A DNA stretch of 64,000 bases from Eledone cirrhosa (GCA_964016885.1 OZ024740.1:58404001-58468000); one strand, 5' to 3'. Counted from the first letter of the stretch, positions 12,039 through 26,099 are shown. Notes: generated from the letters alone by a model not told the origin. Numbers and translations: made by a program.

Positions 12039-12853
12039 CAGGCTGTATGATGCCTGCATATGAACAGCAATGTTACATGGCAGTGAGACCTGGGCATTGT
12101 GTGCAGAGGATATACGCAGACTGGAGAGGAATGAAACTTGCATGCTCCGCTGGATGTGTAATAGTAATATATGTGAACGGCAAAGCATAAATGAACTAAG
12201 GGAGAAATTAGGAATAAGTGGGATCAGATGCTGTTTACTGGAGAGAAGACTACTTTGGTACGGTCAAGTGATGCGCATGAAAGACGACTGCTGTATAAAA
12301 AAGTGCAGGGCGATAAAAATAGACGGTACTCACGGAGTAGGCAGACCCAGAAAAACCTGGGACGACTTGATAAATTCCGACCTCACACACATACACCTCT
12401 CCAAGACAATGTCACTGAACGGAGATCTTTGGTGCTACACAGTAATACAGAAGACCCACCTTGCCTATGTACAAAGCGAAACCTACAGTCAGTAGGCACC
12501 TCTAACAAAAATACACCCCCGTCCCACTACCCCCACCCCATCCACACAACCCTTTTCAATGTAAAGTTATGGTGGCACCACAACATCCAGGCCAAAACAA
12601 ATAAGGTCGTTTAGGTTTCACGACAAATAAAAAACACACAGTCCACGCTGTAATGTGGCTGTGTAGGAAACACGGTAAAAACCTCCCAGTCCACACTGTA
12701 AACGTGGTTGGTGTTAGGAAGGGCATCCAGCCGTAGAAAACCCGCCAGGCAGTCCTATATGAGCAAGTCAACCAATCTTGCCTCAAGTGGGAAAATTCCC
12801 ATCCAAACCCATGCAAGCGTGGAAGATGGACGTTAAATGATGATGATAATGAT
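12039..12853 (+). mobile_element. RTE family A 3' fragment (more diverged)
   Basis: ORF 12070..12495, 3' UTR and TGA tail. Confidence 0.9.
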
Positions 12854-13237
12854 GAATCATGACATGTTAATATTATGGTTGATGTTGTAAAGTTGACATT
12901 GTTGGATTGGTTGTTTCTTTTGGCTGCATTCCAGTTGTCCATGGTGCCCTGGTTCAAGTCAGTGAGCTAAACAGCTGTCAAAATCTATTCAATGATGATT
13001 AGTTTTCGAATTGCCTGTCAACATTAGGAACTCTGGTGAGTGAGTGCATTTTCTACAAAATGAAGCATCTTATTATGCTTAAGCAATCTCATTGCAATCT
13101 TGGAAAACCTATAATAGTCATTGTCACTGACATTGTTATTGCCATCCTGTATAAATATTATATGGATGGATATTCTCTACTGTGGAATTTTAAAAAGCAA
13201 TCAAACAATCTGATATATATATTTATATATATATATA

Positions 13238-13271
<34 letters not shown>

Positions 13272-13307
13272 TGTATATATATATATAGTATGTATGTACA
13301 CATATAT

Positions 13308-14117
13308 ATCATCATCATCATCATCATCGTTTAACGTCCCTGCTCCACGCTTGCATGGGTTTGGACGGGGGTTTTCCCACTTGAGGCAAGAGTGGTTGTC
13401 TTCCTCGCATAGGACTGTCTGGCGGGTTTTCTACAGCTGGATGCCCTTCCTAACACCAACAACATTTACATTGTGGGGCTGGGAGGTTCTTACCGTGTTG
13501 CCTACACGGCCACATTTACAGCTTGGACTGTCTGGCGTGTTTTCTACAGCTGGATGCCCTTCCTAACACCAACCACATTTACAGTGTGGGACTGGGAGGT
13601 TTTTACCGTGTTGCCTACACGGCCACATTACAGCGTGGACTGTGTGTTTTTTTGTCGTGACACCTACACGATCTCGTTTGTTTTGGCCTGGATGTTGTGG
13701 CACCAACATAACTTTGCATTGAAGGGGGCGGTGTGGATGGGGTGGGACGGGGGTGTATTTTGTTAGAGATGCCTACTGACTAGTAGGTTTTACTTTGTAT
13801 TTAGGTAAGGCGGGTCTTCTCTGTTACTGAGTACCGCCAAAGGTCTCGGTCCAGTGACATTGTCTTGGAGAGGTGTAAGTGTGTGAGGTCGGAATTTATC
13901 AGCTCGTCCCAGGTTTTCCTGGATCTGCCTACTCCGTGGCTACCATCTATCTTTATTGCCCTGCACTTTGTTATACAACTGTCGTCTTTCATGCGCATCA
14001 TGTGATCATACCAACGTAGCCTTCTCTCAAGTAAACAACATCTGATCCATCTTATTTCTAATGTTTTCCTTAGTTCGTTTATGCTTTGCCGTTCACGTAT
14101 ATTACTATTACACATCC
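13308..14117 (-). mobile_element. RTE family A 3' fragment with duplicated 3' UTR unit
   Basis: C-terminal coding region WMCNSN...EKTRLT plus UTR and tail. Confidence 0.9.
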
Positions 14118-14118
14118 A

Positions 14119-14153
<35 letters not shown>

Positions 14154-14204
14154 GTATATATATATATATATATAGTATATATATATATAGTATATATATA
14201 TATA

Positions 14205-14249
<45 letters not shown>

Positions 14250-14252
<3 letters not shown>

Positions 14253-14651
14253 TCATCATCATATTCGTTTAACGTCCATGTTCCACGCTTGCATGGGTTT
14301 GGACGGGTGTTTTCCCACTTGAGGCAAGATTGGGTGACTTGCTCGTGTAGGACTGTCTGGCGGGTTTGCTACGGCTGGATGCCCTTCCTAACACCAACCA
14401 TGTTTACAGTGTGGACTGGGAGGTTTTTACGGTGTTTTCTACACGGCCACATTACAGCATGGACTGTGTGTTTTTTTTGTCGTGACACCTACACGACCTT
14501 ATTTGTTTGGGGCTGGATGTTGTGATACCAACATAACTTTACATTGAAAGGGGTTGTGTGGATGGGGTGGGGGTAGTGGGACGGGGTTTATTTTGTTAGA
14601 GGTGCCTACTGACAGTAGTAGGTTTCACTTTGTACTTAGGTAAGGCGGGTA
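14250..14651 (-). mobile_element. RTE family A 3' UTR only
   Basis: Matches the UTR and last codons of other copies. Confidence 0.88.
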
Positions 14652-14678
14652 TAGTATATATATATATATATATATATA

Positions 14679-14738
<60 letters not shown>

Positions 14739-14784
14739 TATATATATACTATATATATATTTACTATATATATATATACTATAG

Positions 14785-16158
14785 TAATAATAATAAAATT
14801 GAAGACTAAAATCCAAAGAGGGCTCGATAAGGAAAATATATATCAAATATACAGGAACCGTAGAGCAAATATTTATTAAAATAACAGATTAAAGTTTAAG
14901 CAAAGAATCGCTGCTTTCACCCTTAACGGGATCTTCTGAAACTAACAAAGTCAATCTGTAAATGCAGAATTGGATATTTCAAAAAACATTGCAACCGGAG
15001 GAAGACAGGAAGATGATACTTTGGTTCGTGGAAACGTTCGCTGGCAAAGAACGGGAAAAAACGAATATAATACGTCATTAATAGGAGTGGTGAAAAACAA
15101 TTACCCGCAAAGACATAACCACGTTTATGGTATAAAAGAGGTCGTAGACTAATGTTCTCTTAGGTGGTTCATAGAGACGTTCTCTGGTAATGAACGAAAA
15201 TAACGAAGATAATACGTCATATGTGGATCGTGGAGAACAATAACACGCAAAGACAAAACCACGTAAATGGTATAGCAGAAGTCGTACACTAAAATTCTAA
15301 TTAGGAGACCGAATGAATCTCAGATACAGAGTTAAGAACAAAGTAAATAAATACAATACAGAATAGAAATAAATAAATACATACCCGCAAACAAATACGT
15401 ACATACACAAGCATACGCAAAACACTTACCATAGGTATACAAAACCACGCACATATAAATATGTGTGTGTGTGTATGCGTGTATACAAATAAATAAATAA
15501 TTATATAAACGTATATAAATAAATAAATACGTATATAACAAGCGCACACACATACCTACATGTAATACACGAATGTTCGGAGACGTAGGTCAACCAAAAC
15601 ATGAAGTACACATATACACACACCCTACATACGTACGAACCTGCATACTCACACAGACGCAAAACTCCCGTATACACATAGCCAAACCATATGTACCAGA
15701 ATATATAAAATTATACGCCATAACATAAACAATCAAATATACGTACGAGAAGGTATACGTACCTTCACAAAACATACGGGTAAAATAAACTTACCTATGC
15801 AAATAAGTAATGGTATAAACAAAACATATACTTAGCTCCCACGTCAAGACGTAGAGTATCTACGTATAGATCGTACTATCCGTTAGGGTATAACGTGGGG
15901 CTGTAATACAGGAAAGTTTTGCGCAATTTATGTTTACAAGCCGAAATTGCCTCAGATTTTTTGTTTAAGATGTGGTCTGTGGCGTAGAGTATTTCCAGGG
16001 CTTCAGCGGCGCAGAGGTCACATGGTCTTTTATTTCCATTATACGATCTAGCCCTAGCTAGGATCTCCCAGTGTAACTTTGTTAGTTTCAGAAGATCCCG
16101 CTAAGGGTGAAAGCAGCGATTCCTTGCCCAAACCTCAATCTGTTATTTTAATAAATAT
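14785..16158 (-). mobile_element. Penelope-like element, severely 5'-truncated, with inverted terminal copy; extra isolated arm at 16223..16382
   Basis: Minus strand ~15890..16075 translates LHWEILARARSYNGNKRPCDLCAAEALEILYATDHILNKKSEAISACKH (PLE endonuclease C-terminus). 16076..16158 is the inverse of ~14869..14951. Confidence 0.82.
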
Positions 16159-16454
16159 ATATATATATATAGTATATATATATATATAGTATATATATAT
16201 ATCATCATCATCATCATTGATATAACCAAAGTATCGTCTTCCTGTCTTCCTCCGGTTGCAACGTTTTTTGAAATATCCACTTCTGCGTTTACAGATTGAC
16301 TTTGTTAATTTCAGAAGATCCCGTTAAGGTTGAAAGCAGCGATTCTTTGCTTAAACTTTAATCTGTTATTTTAATAAATATATATATATATATAGTATAT
16401 ATATATATATATATAGTATATATATATATCATCATCATCATCATTGATGATGAA

Positions 16455-17222
<768 letters not shown>

Positions 17223-17224
<2 letters not shown>

Positions 17225-20200
17225 GAAAGTTATATTTAAAATTGTTGGGTTACAACTAGTAAATATTTATAACTGATATAAAAGCACTCGACAAATATTT
17301 GGAGTATATTTACAATATTAAATAAATGGAAACTATATTTATAAAACCATATCTATTTCAACATATATATTTCGGGGATATCATATTAACAATATGCTAT
17401 GCCTTCCTCAGACAAAATACAATATAAACAGTTTTATAGATAAATAGATTCGACATACCGTTATAACACCGACTTGCATTTGAAGAGGTTAAGCTGGCAG
17501 TGAAAAAATTTTACACAGAAAGAGAGAAAAAAAAAAAAAAAAAAAAAAGAGAGAAAAAAGAAAGAAAGACAGAAAACGAAGAAAAGGAAAAAAAAGAAGA
17601 AATGCATGGAACAAAATATAGAGATGGAAAGATAGATAAAGAGAAGAACTTCATGTAAAGAAACAGAAAGAGATATATATATAGAGAGAGAGAGGAAATA
17701 GAGATAGATACATATATATATAGAGAATTAGGTAGTGGGAGGTCATTTTGAGTAAATGTATCAATGATACATTTATTTATTTATTTATTTATTTAGATCT
17801 AGTATTAATGTAAGGGAGATATATAGAGAGAGAGAAAAAAAAAAAAAAAAAAAAAAAATAGCGAGAGAAAAAATTTAAAAATAGCCAGATATATTCGAGG
17901 CGTAAAAACCCTATGTCTCAATGTATTAGAATTCATAAAACTTCCACTATATTGTAAATATCAGTATTCCTGAATGAGACAAGTATCCATAGTGTGTGAA
18001 AATTAATTATCTTATGTTTAGTTTTAAAAAAATTCATATGTTTATGTTATAGCTACAAACATCCATGTGAATCCACATTATCAACTCTGCAAACTCTAAG
18101 TTCACGGAAAACATTCTCATTGTGGTATAAAAATTTGAGTATACATATATGTGTATTATTATTCCTGTCTTTACTCTACAAGATTATCTATCAAGCAGAA
18201 AAAGAGAGCAGATTTCAATATACTAATAAAAATATATATCAGAAACAAAACTAAAAATAAAAAGATAACAATAATAATAATAAGTAATAATAAAATAGAA
18301 AACTAAAAAAAAATAAAAAATATTACGAAAGAATATTACATATTAAAAATATTACATACTAAAAAATATTACGTATTAAAAAATGTTACGTATTAAAAAA
18401 TTTACATATTAAAGATATTAAAAATAAAAATAAAAAATAAAAAAAAATATTATAAAATACTACAATAATAAAAAAAATAAAAATAAACCACAAAGATCAA
18501 CCCTTCAAAATTAATTGACAATATATTGCCAAGTTCATTATAAGACAAAGCCAAAAATTATCTATCAAATCACATCTAGCAAAGATCATTTCAAAAAGTT
18601 TATGATGTCCAATTTAGTCTACATGTGTTCTTATATTTAATATAGAAGTTTATCTAGTGTAAGGTTTATTCAAAATATTTGGAGCATCAGCTTTTAGGGT
18701 AGCTTAATTTTTCATGAGGAATGTTTAAATAAAAATAAAATAAAAATAAACAATAAAAAAAGAATAAAAAGAAGGAATCAAAAATTTAGGAATCAAAAAT
18801 TTATCGGCTAGTTTCCCATATAAATATAAATCAAACTAAATATACTACATTTTAAATTTAAATTTATATTTAAACGTTGAGTTTAATCTATGTTTGTAAC
18901 AACTGAATAAATTTGTCCGTAGATTAAGGGAATTTTTAGATTTTAGTATAAAGAATATCTCCTCTGCGCAGAGGTCACATGTCTCAGAGGATGAATTATA
19001 AGGAATCCCCCTTGAGACTATATTCCAAGCCGTCGAATATCTAACGTTATCTAGCTTAAGTTGCCAGAGTACGCCTGATAGTGCCGTTGAAGATTTTTTA
19101 CTTGGATCTGTGAAAGAATTCTTGTGGTTATTATAGCGAAGTTTAAATTCCGTCGATGTGGAACCGACGTAGTTAAAAGAATTAGAGTCAGTATTAACAT
19201 TACAATTGTATACTATATTTTTAACTAAGCAGTTGTTATTTAACGGACATTTAGATCTATCTCTACAGTTACATTTGTTAACTTGTATATTATTTATGCT
19301 ATTATCACTAGGTTTTAAGTTCCTATTATTTATTCTATTAATATTTTGTGCTAAATTTTTGGTGGATGAGTAGGTTAATTTAATTGTATGCCTATTGAAA
19401 ATTGAGTGATACCTATGTGTTCTAGGGAAGCGATTATCAAGAGCTTTGAAAAATAATTTAGCGATGTGGGTTTTAATGTTTAGTGAGAAAGGGGGGGCAA
19501 ACCAAATTATGTTCCTAGTTCTATTTCTTTTTTGGCCTTTGGAATTATTGTAATGCTTTCTATTATAGTTGTTAATGTTGTTGCCGTAATTAAAAAAGTT
19601 GTTACTTTGTTTAGTTTGTCTATCATTATCTATGTACACAATCTTATCAGCATATCCTGCCCTAGCTAATGCTTCATTATAGTATTGGGCCTTTTCGTCG
19701 AAAATCTTTCTATTCGACGAGATCCTAGAGATACGTTTTTGAACGAGATCCTAGAGATACGTTTTTGAACGAGATCCTAGAGATACGTTTTTTTACGCCT
19801 CGAATATATCTGGCTATTTTTAAATTTTTTCTCTCGCTATTTTTTTTTTCTCTCTCTCTATATATCTCCCTTACATTAATACTAGAGCTAAATAAATAAA
19901 TAAATAAATAAATGTATCATTGATACATTTACTCAAAATGACCTCCCACTACCTAATTTTCTATATATATATGTATCTATTCCTCTCTCTCTATATATAT
20001 ATATATCTTTCTGTTTCTTTACATGAAGTTCTTCTCTTTATCTATCTTTCCATCTCTATATTTTGTTCCATGCATTTCTTCTTTTTCTTCCTTTTCTTCG
20101 TTTTCTGTCTTTCTTTCTTTTTTCTCTCTTTTTTTCTCTCTTTTTTTTTTTTTTTTTTTTCTCTCTTTCTTTCTCTCTGTGTAAAATTTTTTCACTGCCA

Positions 20201-20384
20201 GCTTAACCTCTTCAAATGCAAGTCGGTGTTATAACGGTATGTCGAATCTATTTATCTATAAAACTGTTTATATTGTATATTGTCTGAGGAAGGCATAGCA
20301 TATTGTTAATATGATATCCCCGAAATATATATGGTGAAATAGATATGGTTTTATAAATATAGTTTCCATTTATTTAATATTGTA
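17223..20384 (-). mobile_element. Penelope-like element, 5'-truncated, with ~600-bp inverted terminal copy
   Basis: ORF 18845..19639 (open to ~19742: KRISRISSN...AGY) with IIWFAPPFS, CNCRD..CPL...C, IVYNC...YVGST..FKLRYNNH and CDLCAEE. 17311..17908 is the inverse of ~19790..20384. Confidence 0.92.
20277..20340 (+). ncRNA. Hammerhead motif (possibly inactive, G at cleavage position) in PLE arm; mirror at ~17355..17418 (-)
   Basis: CTGAGGA-stem II-GAAA-TATATA-TG; homologous to intact motifs at 33633 and 44764. Confidence 0.6.
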
Positions 20385-20445
20385 TATATATATGTATATA
20401 TATAGTGTATATATATAGTATATATATATATATATATATATATAC

Positions 20446-20480
<35 letters not shown>

Positions 20481-20560
20481 TATATATATATACATTATAT
20501 ATATATATATAGTATATGTATATATATATATAGTATATATATACAGTATATATATATATA

Positions 20561-20596
<36 letters not shown>

Positions 20597-20678
20597 TATA
20601 TATATATATAGTATATATATATATATATATAGTTTATATAGTATATATATATATACTATATATATATATATATATTAC

Positions 20679-20972
20679 AATCAGATGTTGTTTACTCGAG
20701 AGAAGGCTACGTTGGTACGGTCACGTGATGCGCATGAAAGACGACAGCTGTATAACAAAGTGCAGGGCAATAAAGATAGACGGTAGCCACGGAATAGGCA
20801 GACCCAGAAAAACATGGGACGAGCTGATAAATTCCGACCTCACACGCTTACACCTCTCCAAGACATTGTCACTGGACCGAGACATTTGGCGGTACTCAGT
20901 AATAGAGAAGACCCGCCTTACCTAAATACAAAGTAAAAACCTACTACAGTCAGTAGGCATCTCTATCAAAAC
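20679..20972 (+). mobile_element. RTE family A internal/3' fragment
   Basis: ORF 20725..20925 near-identical to the family A C-terminus. Confidence 0.88.
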
Positions 20973-21002
20973 ATATATAGTATATAGTATATATATATAT
21001 AG

Positions 21003-21190
21003 TTGTTTCTACTTTTGGCACAAGGCCAGCAATTACCCAGTGTATTACTGGTACTTTATTTTATCGACCCCGTAAGGATGAAAGGCAAAGTTAACCTCGG
21101 CGGGATTTGAACTCAGAATGGCAAGGGCCGTAACTCTATGCGTCAAAGCATGACGTCCGAGCCTCTACCGATACTGCCAATCCACCGCCC
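21003..21190 (-). mobile_element. tRNA-derived SINE (type 3, Nin-like domain)
   Basis: GGGCGGTGGATTGGCAG head, GAGTTCAAATCCC B box, CTTTGCCTTTCATCCTTACGGGGTCGATAAAATAAAGTACCAG core. Confidence 0.82.
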
Positions 21191-21306
21191 TCTATATATA
21201 GTATATACTATATATATATATATAGTATATATATATATAGTATATATATATATACTATATATATATATATACTATATATATATACTATATATATATATAG
21301 TATATT

Positions 21307-22057
21307 ATCTACTCCACGCTTCAATTTCGTACCTAGTCCAAACATCCAATCTCGCAAAATCCGAAATCTGTATTTTTTTGTTATTTATTTTAAATACGGT
21401 TGTTTTTGTCGTATTGAACAGAACAAATCTTGCATTTTTGCTTTTTGTTAATCGCTTGTTAAACAATCATAACCTTCCAGCTAGCTACCCAATTCCTCAA
21501 TTCCTTAATTCTATCGTATTCTCCAATTCCTTAATTCTATCGTATTCTCAAAACAAAACAAAATCCTTCCCATTCTACTTCTTATAAATTCCTTTAAATA
21601 TATATTATGCTACTTCGAAAGTCAAAAATCCCGCTTCCACACCCAGGCACCCAGGCACCCTTCACTCTCCATCTACTTCACGAGGGACTGCGGTCAGCCA
21701 CTCTCTCTCTCCCCCTCCCCCTCTCTCTCTCTCTTAGCTACATATATATATATATATATATAAGATAAATTCCCCTTCATGTTTAATCACTTTTCGCCAA
21801 TTCATTGCTGCTTCAATTCAGTGCTGTTTCCTACTACGGTGTACCCATGTAATCGTAACGTACACATTTTTCTATCTACTCAAAGCTTCAATTTCGTACC
21901 TAGTCCAAACATCCAATCTCGCAAAATCCGAAATCTGTATTTTTTTGTTATTTATGTTAAATACGGTTGTTTTTGTCGTATTGAACAGAACAAATCTTGC
22001 ATTTTTGCTTTTTGTTAATCGCTTGTTAAACAATCATAACCGTCCAGCTAGCTACCC
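21307..22057. repeat. ~180-bp direct repeat pair (21307..21490 and 21874..22057) of unclassified element
   Basis: Near-identical GCTTCAATTTCGTACC...CCAGCTAGCTACCC blocks. Confidence 0.75.
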
Positions 22058-22249
22058 CACACCCCTCCCACACGCCCCCACACACCACCATTCTTAATAC
22101 GTGGACCAATCATAAGCCAGAGCCCCCCCCCCCCCATGCATCACCATTATTATTATTACGCGAACCAATCATAAGCCAGAGGCCTATACTATCGCTTGCC
22201 CGGTTGCCTTCGATATATGATGGATGGATGGATGGACGGACGGACTGCG

Positions 22250-25200
22250 GAATCCTGGAGAGTGGAAGGGAGAGAAAAATCTGGACGCTCAGAGCGAAAA
22301 TGCCAAAGTTAAAGTCAAATTCACCTCGTGGACGAGAATGCGAGCACCCCTCTTTGTTTCGTCCGTGGATGGCTAACATAACCCCATCTCCCCCCGCCCC
22401 CCACCGCCCCCACCCACCAAACGCAATCCAAAACTTCAGAGTTGGTACCATAAATGTAGGCACCCTAAAGGGTCGCGCTAACGAGGTTGTAGAAATGCTT
22501 GAACGTAAGGAGGTCGATATTTGTTGTATTCAAGAGACCAGGTGGAGGGGTGGGTCTGCTAGATTCATTGAGGGTAAAAAACGATGTTATAAGCTTTTCT
22601 GGGTGGGAAACGACGATGGGCTGGGTGGAGTAGGAATCATGGTAGCAGAAAAGTGGGCAGATAAGATAATAGACGTAAATAGAGTGAACGACAGAATAAT
22701 TAAACTACGACTTGTCCTCAATAGAACTACGGTGACAGTAATATCTGCGTACGCACCCCAATCCGGACTGCCCGGCACTATAAAAGACAGATTCTATGAG
22801 ACACTGATGCTAACTACCTCCCAAATATCCGACAGTGACTATATAATTATTGCAGGCGACCTAAATGGTCACGTTGGACAACATTGTGACGGCTACGACG
22901 AAATCCATGGAGGCTATGGGTTTGGTAGTAGAAATGAGGAAGGCTCCAGAATCCTGGAATTCTGTGATGCAAATAACTTAACTATCTGTAACACTAACTT
23001 CAAAAAACGTGACAATCACCTGATCACCTATAGATCCGGGGAACACACAAGCCAGGTAGACTATATCATTACCAGAAGACGTGACAGAGTGTCTGTCGTA
23101 AACACTAAATCCCTCTCCCATGAAGAATGCACCTCCCAACATAGACTGATAATTAGCGACCTCATAGTCAGGACGAGACGTACTCGACAGCAGAAGAGGA
23201 CTATCCTCAGGGGAAAAATATGGAAGCTAAAGGACCCCACAGCCAGAAATAAATTTCAAAGCATATTACTTGATGCTTTCGACAGTAAGGAAGAAAATTT
23301 ACAGTCGGACAATATAGAGGGACAGTGGGAATTTCTGAAAGCAAACCTGCTGATGGCGACAGACGAAGTCTGTGGCTGGAGCAGGCCTGTAGGCAGGAGG
23401 AGAGTAACATGGTGGTGGAACAGTAAAGTGGAGGTGTCAATTAAGGCCAAAAAGCAGGCTTGGAAAGTATGGCGGGATGGAGGAAGTAGTGAAGACTATC
23501 AAGTCGCCAGGAGGGAAGCTAGGAGACAAGTGTACTTAGCAAGAAGGGAAGCAGAGGAAAGAAAGTTCAAGCATGTTCTACAACGCGAGGACCAAAAACG
23601 TGAGGTGTTCAGGATTGCTAGGCAATGCGTCAAGGAAAACCGTGATATTGTCGGGGAGAAGTGTGTACTAAACGATGATGGCACACTTGCCATCACCGAC
23701 GCTGATAAGAAGGTAGCTTGGAAGTGTCACTATGAAAGGCTACTAAATGAGGAGAATAAATGGGAGAAAGACAGTCTCCCCCATATCGACCCAATAGAGG
23801 GACCAGCAGTGTTAGTCGAGGGGAGTATAATAAGTAAGGCAATCAAGGATATGAAGACGGGTAAGGCGGCTGGGCCTTCGGAAATAGTTGCTGAGATGCT
23901 GAAGGTATCTGGCACGGTGGGACACACCATGGTCACCCGCATAGTTAACCAAGTCATACAGAATGGGGTTGTTCCGAAGGACTGGCATAGCAGCATCATC
24001 GTTAACTGTTATAAGGGTAAAGGAGACACCCTAGGTAGGAGTAACTATAGAGGCATTAAATTAATCGACCAGGTCATGAAGGTCACGGAAAAAGTAATAG
24101 CGCAACTAATCAGAGAGAGAATTGACCTAGATGAAATGCAGTTCGGGTTTGTGTCAGGCAAAAGTACCACAGACGCTCTTTTCATAGTATGACAACTACA
24201 GGAGAAGTACCTAGCTAAAGGTAAACCCCTCTACTTAGCTTTTGTCGACTTGGAGAAAGCCTTCGACAGAGTTCCCCGCTCCATTATCTGGTGGGCTCTT
24301 AGAAAACTAGGCGTTGACGAATGGCTTGTGAGGGCTATACAAGCCATGTATAAAGAAACAGTCAGCAAGGTTAGAATTAACAACGAATATAGTGAAGAGT
24401 TTAGCGTAAAAGTTGGCGTCCATCAGGGCTCTGTTCTCAGCCCCCTACTATTTATTATTGCCCTTCAGGCTATAACAGAGGAGTTCAAGACCGGCTGCCC
24501 ATGGGAACTTCTATACGCAGAGGACCTGACACTCATAGCGGAATCAATGGCCGAGCTAGAGAAGAAATTCCAAACATGGAAGCACGGCCTAGAGTCAAAA
24601 GGACTTAAAATTAACCTGGCTAAGACCAAACTTCTAGTTTGTAGGAAAGAAAACAAGGCGGCGGTCCCTTCTGGGAAATGGTCGTGCTCGGTGTGTAGGA
24701 AAGGCGTAGGTAGAAACTCCATTGTATGTCCTAAATGCAAAGTATGGGTGCATAAAAGATGTAGTGGGATCACAGGTAAGCTAACTAAGAACATAGATTT
24801 TACATGTGGCCAGTGTTCTGGTGCAATAAGTAGCAGCAAGTGCCCACAAAATACTAGCTCTTTCAATTGCGCAGAGGGTTCTATAGAAATAGTCGACAGC
24901 TTCCGTTACCTGGGCGATAAAATCAGCAGTGGGGGAGGGTGCTCTGAAAGTACAGTAGCTAGAGTCAGAACTGGTTGGAAAAAGTTCAGAGAGCTTATAC
25001 CACTATTAGCTGCTAAAGGGTTCTCCCTAAAAATGAAAGGCAGGTTGTACGATGCCTGCATACGAACAGCAATGTTGCATGGCAGTGAGACCTGGGCATT
25101 GTGTGCAGAGGATATACGCATACTAGAGAGGAACGAAGCTTGCATGCTCCGCTGGATGTGTAACAGTAATATACGTGAACGGCAAAGCATAAACGAACTA

Positions 25201-25861
25201 AGGAAAAAATTACAGATAAGAGGGATCAGATGTTGTTTACTCGAGAGAAGGCTACGTTGGTATGGTCACGTGGTGCGCATGAAAGTCGATAGCTGTATAA
25301 CAAAGTGCAGGGCAATAAAGATAGACGGTAGCCACGGAATAGGCAGACCTAGAAAAACCTGGGACGAGCTGATAAACTCCGACCTCACACACTTACACCT
25401 CTCCAAGACAATGTCACTGGACCGAGACCTTTGGCGGTACTCAGTAACAGAGAAGACCCGCCTTACCTAAATATATAGTAAAACCTACTCCAGCCAGTAG
25501 GCATCTCTAACAAAATACACCCCCCCCCCCCACCCCCCCCCCCCCCACCCCATCCACACCACCCCGTTCTATGTAAAGTTATGTTGGTGCCGCGCCATCC
25601 AGGCCGAAACAAATGAGATCGTGTAGGTGTCACGACAAAAAAAAAACACAGTCCACGCTGCAATGTGGCCGTGTAGGCAACACGGTAAAAACCTCCCAGA
25701 CCCACACTGTAAATGTGGTTGGTGTTAGGAAGGGCATCCAACTGTAGAAAACCTGCCAGACTCCTATGCGAGCAAGACAATCACTCTTGCCTTAAGTGGA
25801 ACTACCCCCGTCCAAACCCATGCAAGCGTAGAACACGGACGTTAAACGTTGATGATGATGA
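22250..25861 (+). mobile_element. Near full-length RTE family A LINE (APE endonuclease + RT with PHD insert), inactivated
   Basis: APE motifs GTINVGTL, IQETRW, SAYAPQ, AGDLNGH, QVDYI, SQHR; RT motifs follow. In-frame TGA at 24190 and YAED instead of YADD; 3' UTR and (TGA)n tail. Confidence 0.96.
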
Positions 25862-26059
25862 TATATACTATATATATATATATACTATATACTATATATA
25901 TATATATATATATATAGTATATATATATATATATGTAGTATATACATATATAGATAGATATATATATATATATAGATAGATATATATATATATAGATATA
26001 TAGTATATATATATAGTATATATACATAAATAGTATATATATATAGTATATATATATAG

Positions 26060-26099
<40 letters not shown>

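Noticed and set aside
19717-19792. CRISPR-like array (also 60547..60629)
   Set aside because: Head-to-tail repeats without spacers, in a eukaryotic context with no cas genes.
22315-22385. HDV-like ribozyme at the RTE 5' end (CACCTCGTGG ... GGATGGCTAA)
   Set aside because: I could not build P1/P1.1/P2 pairings, and the motif is not conserved in the 41360 copy.
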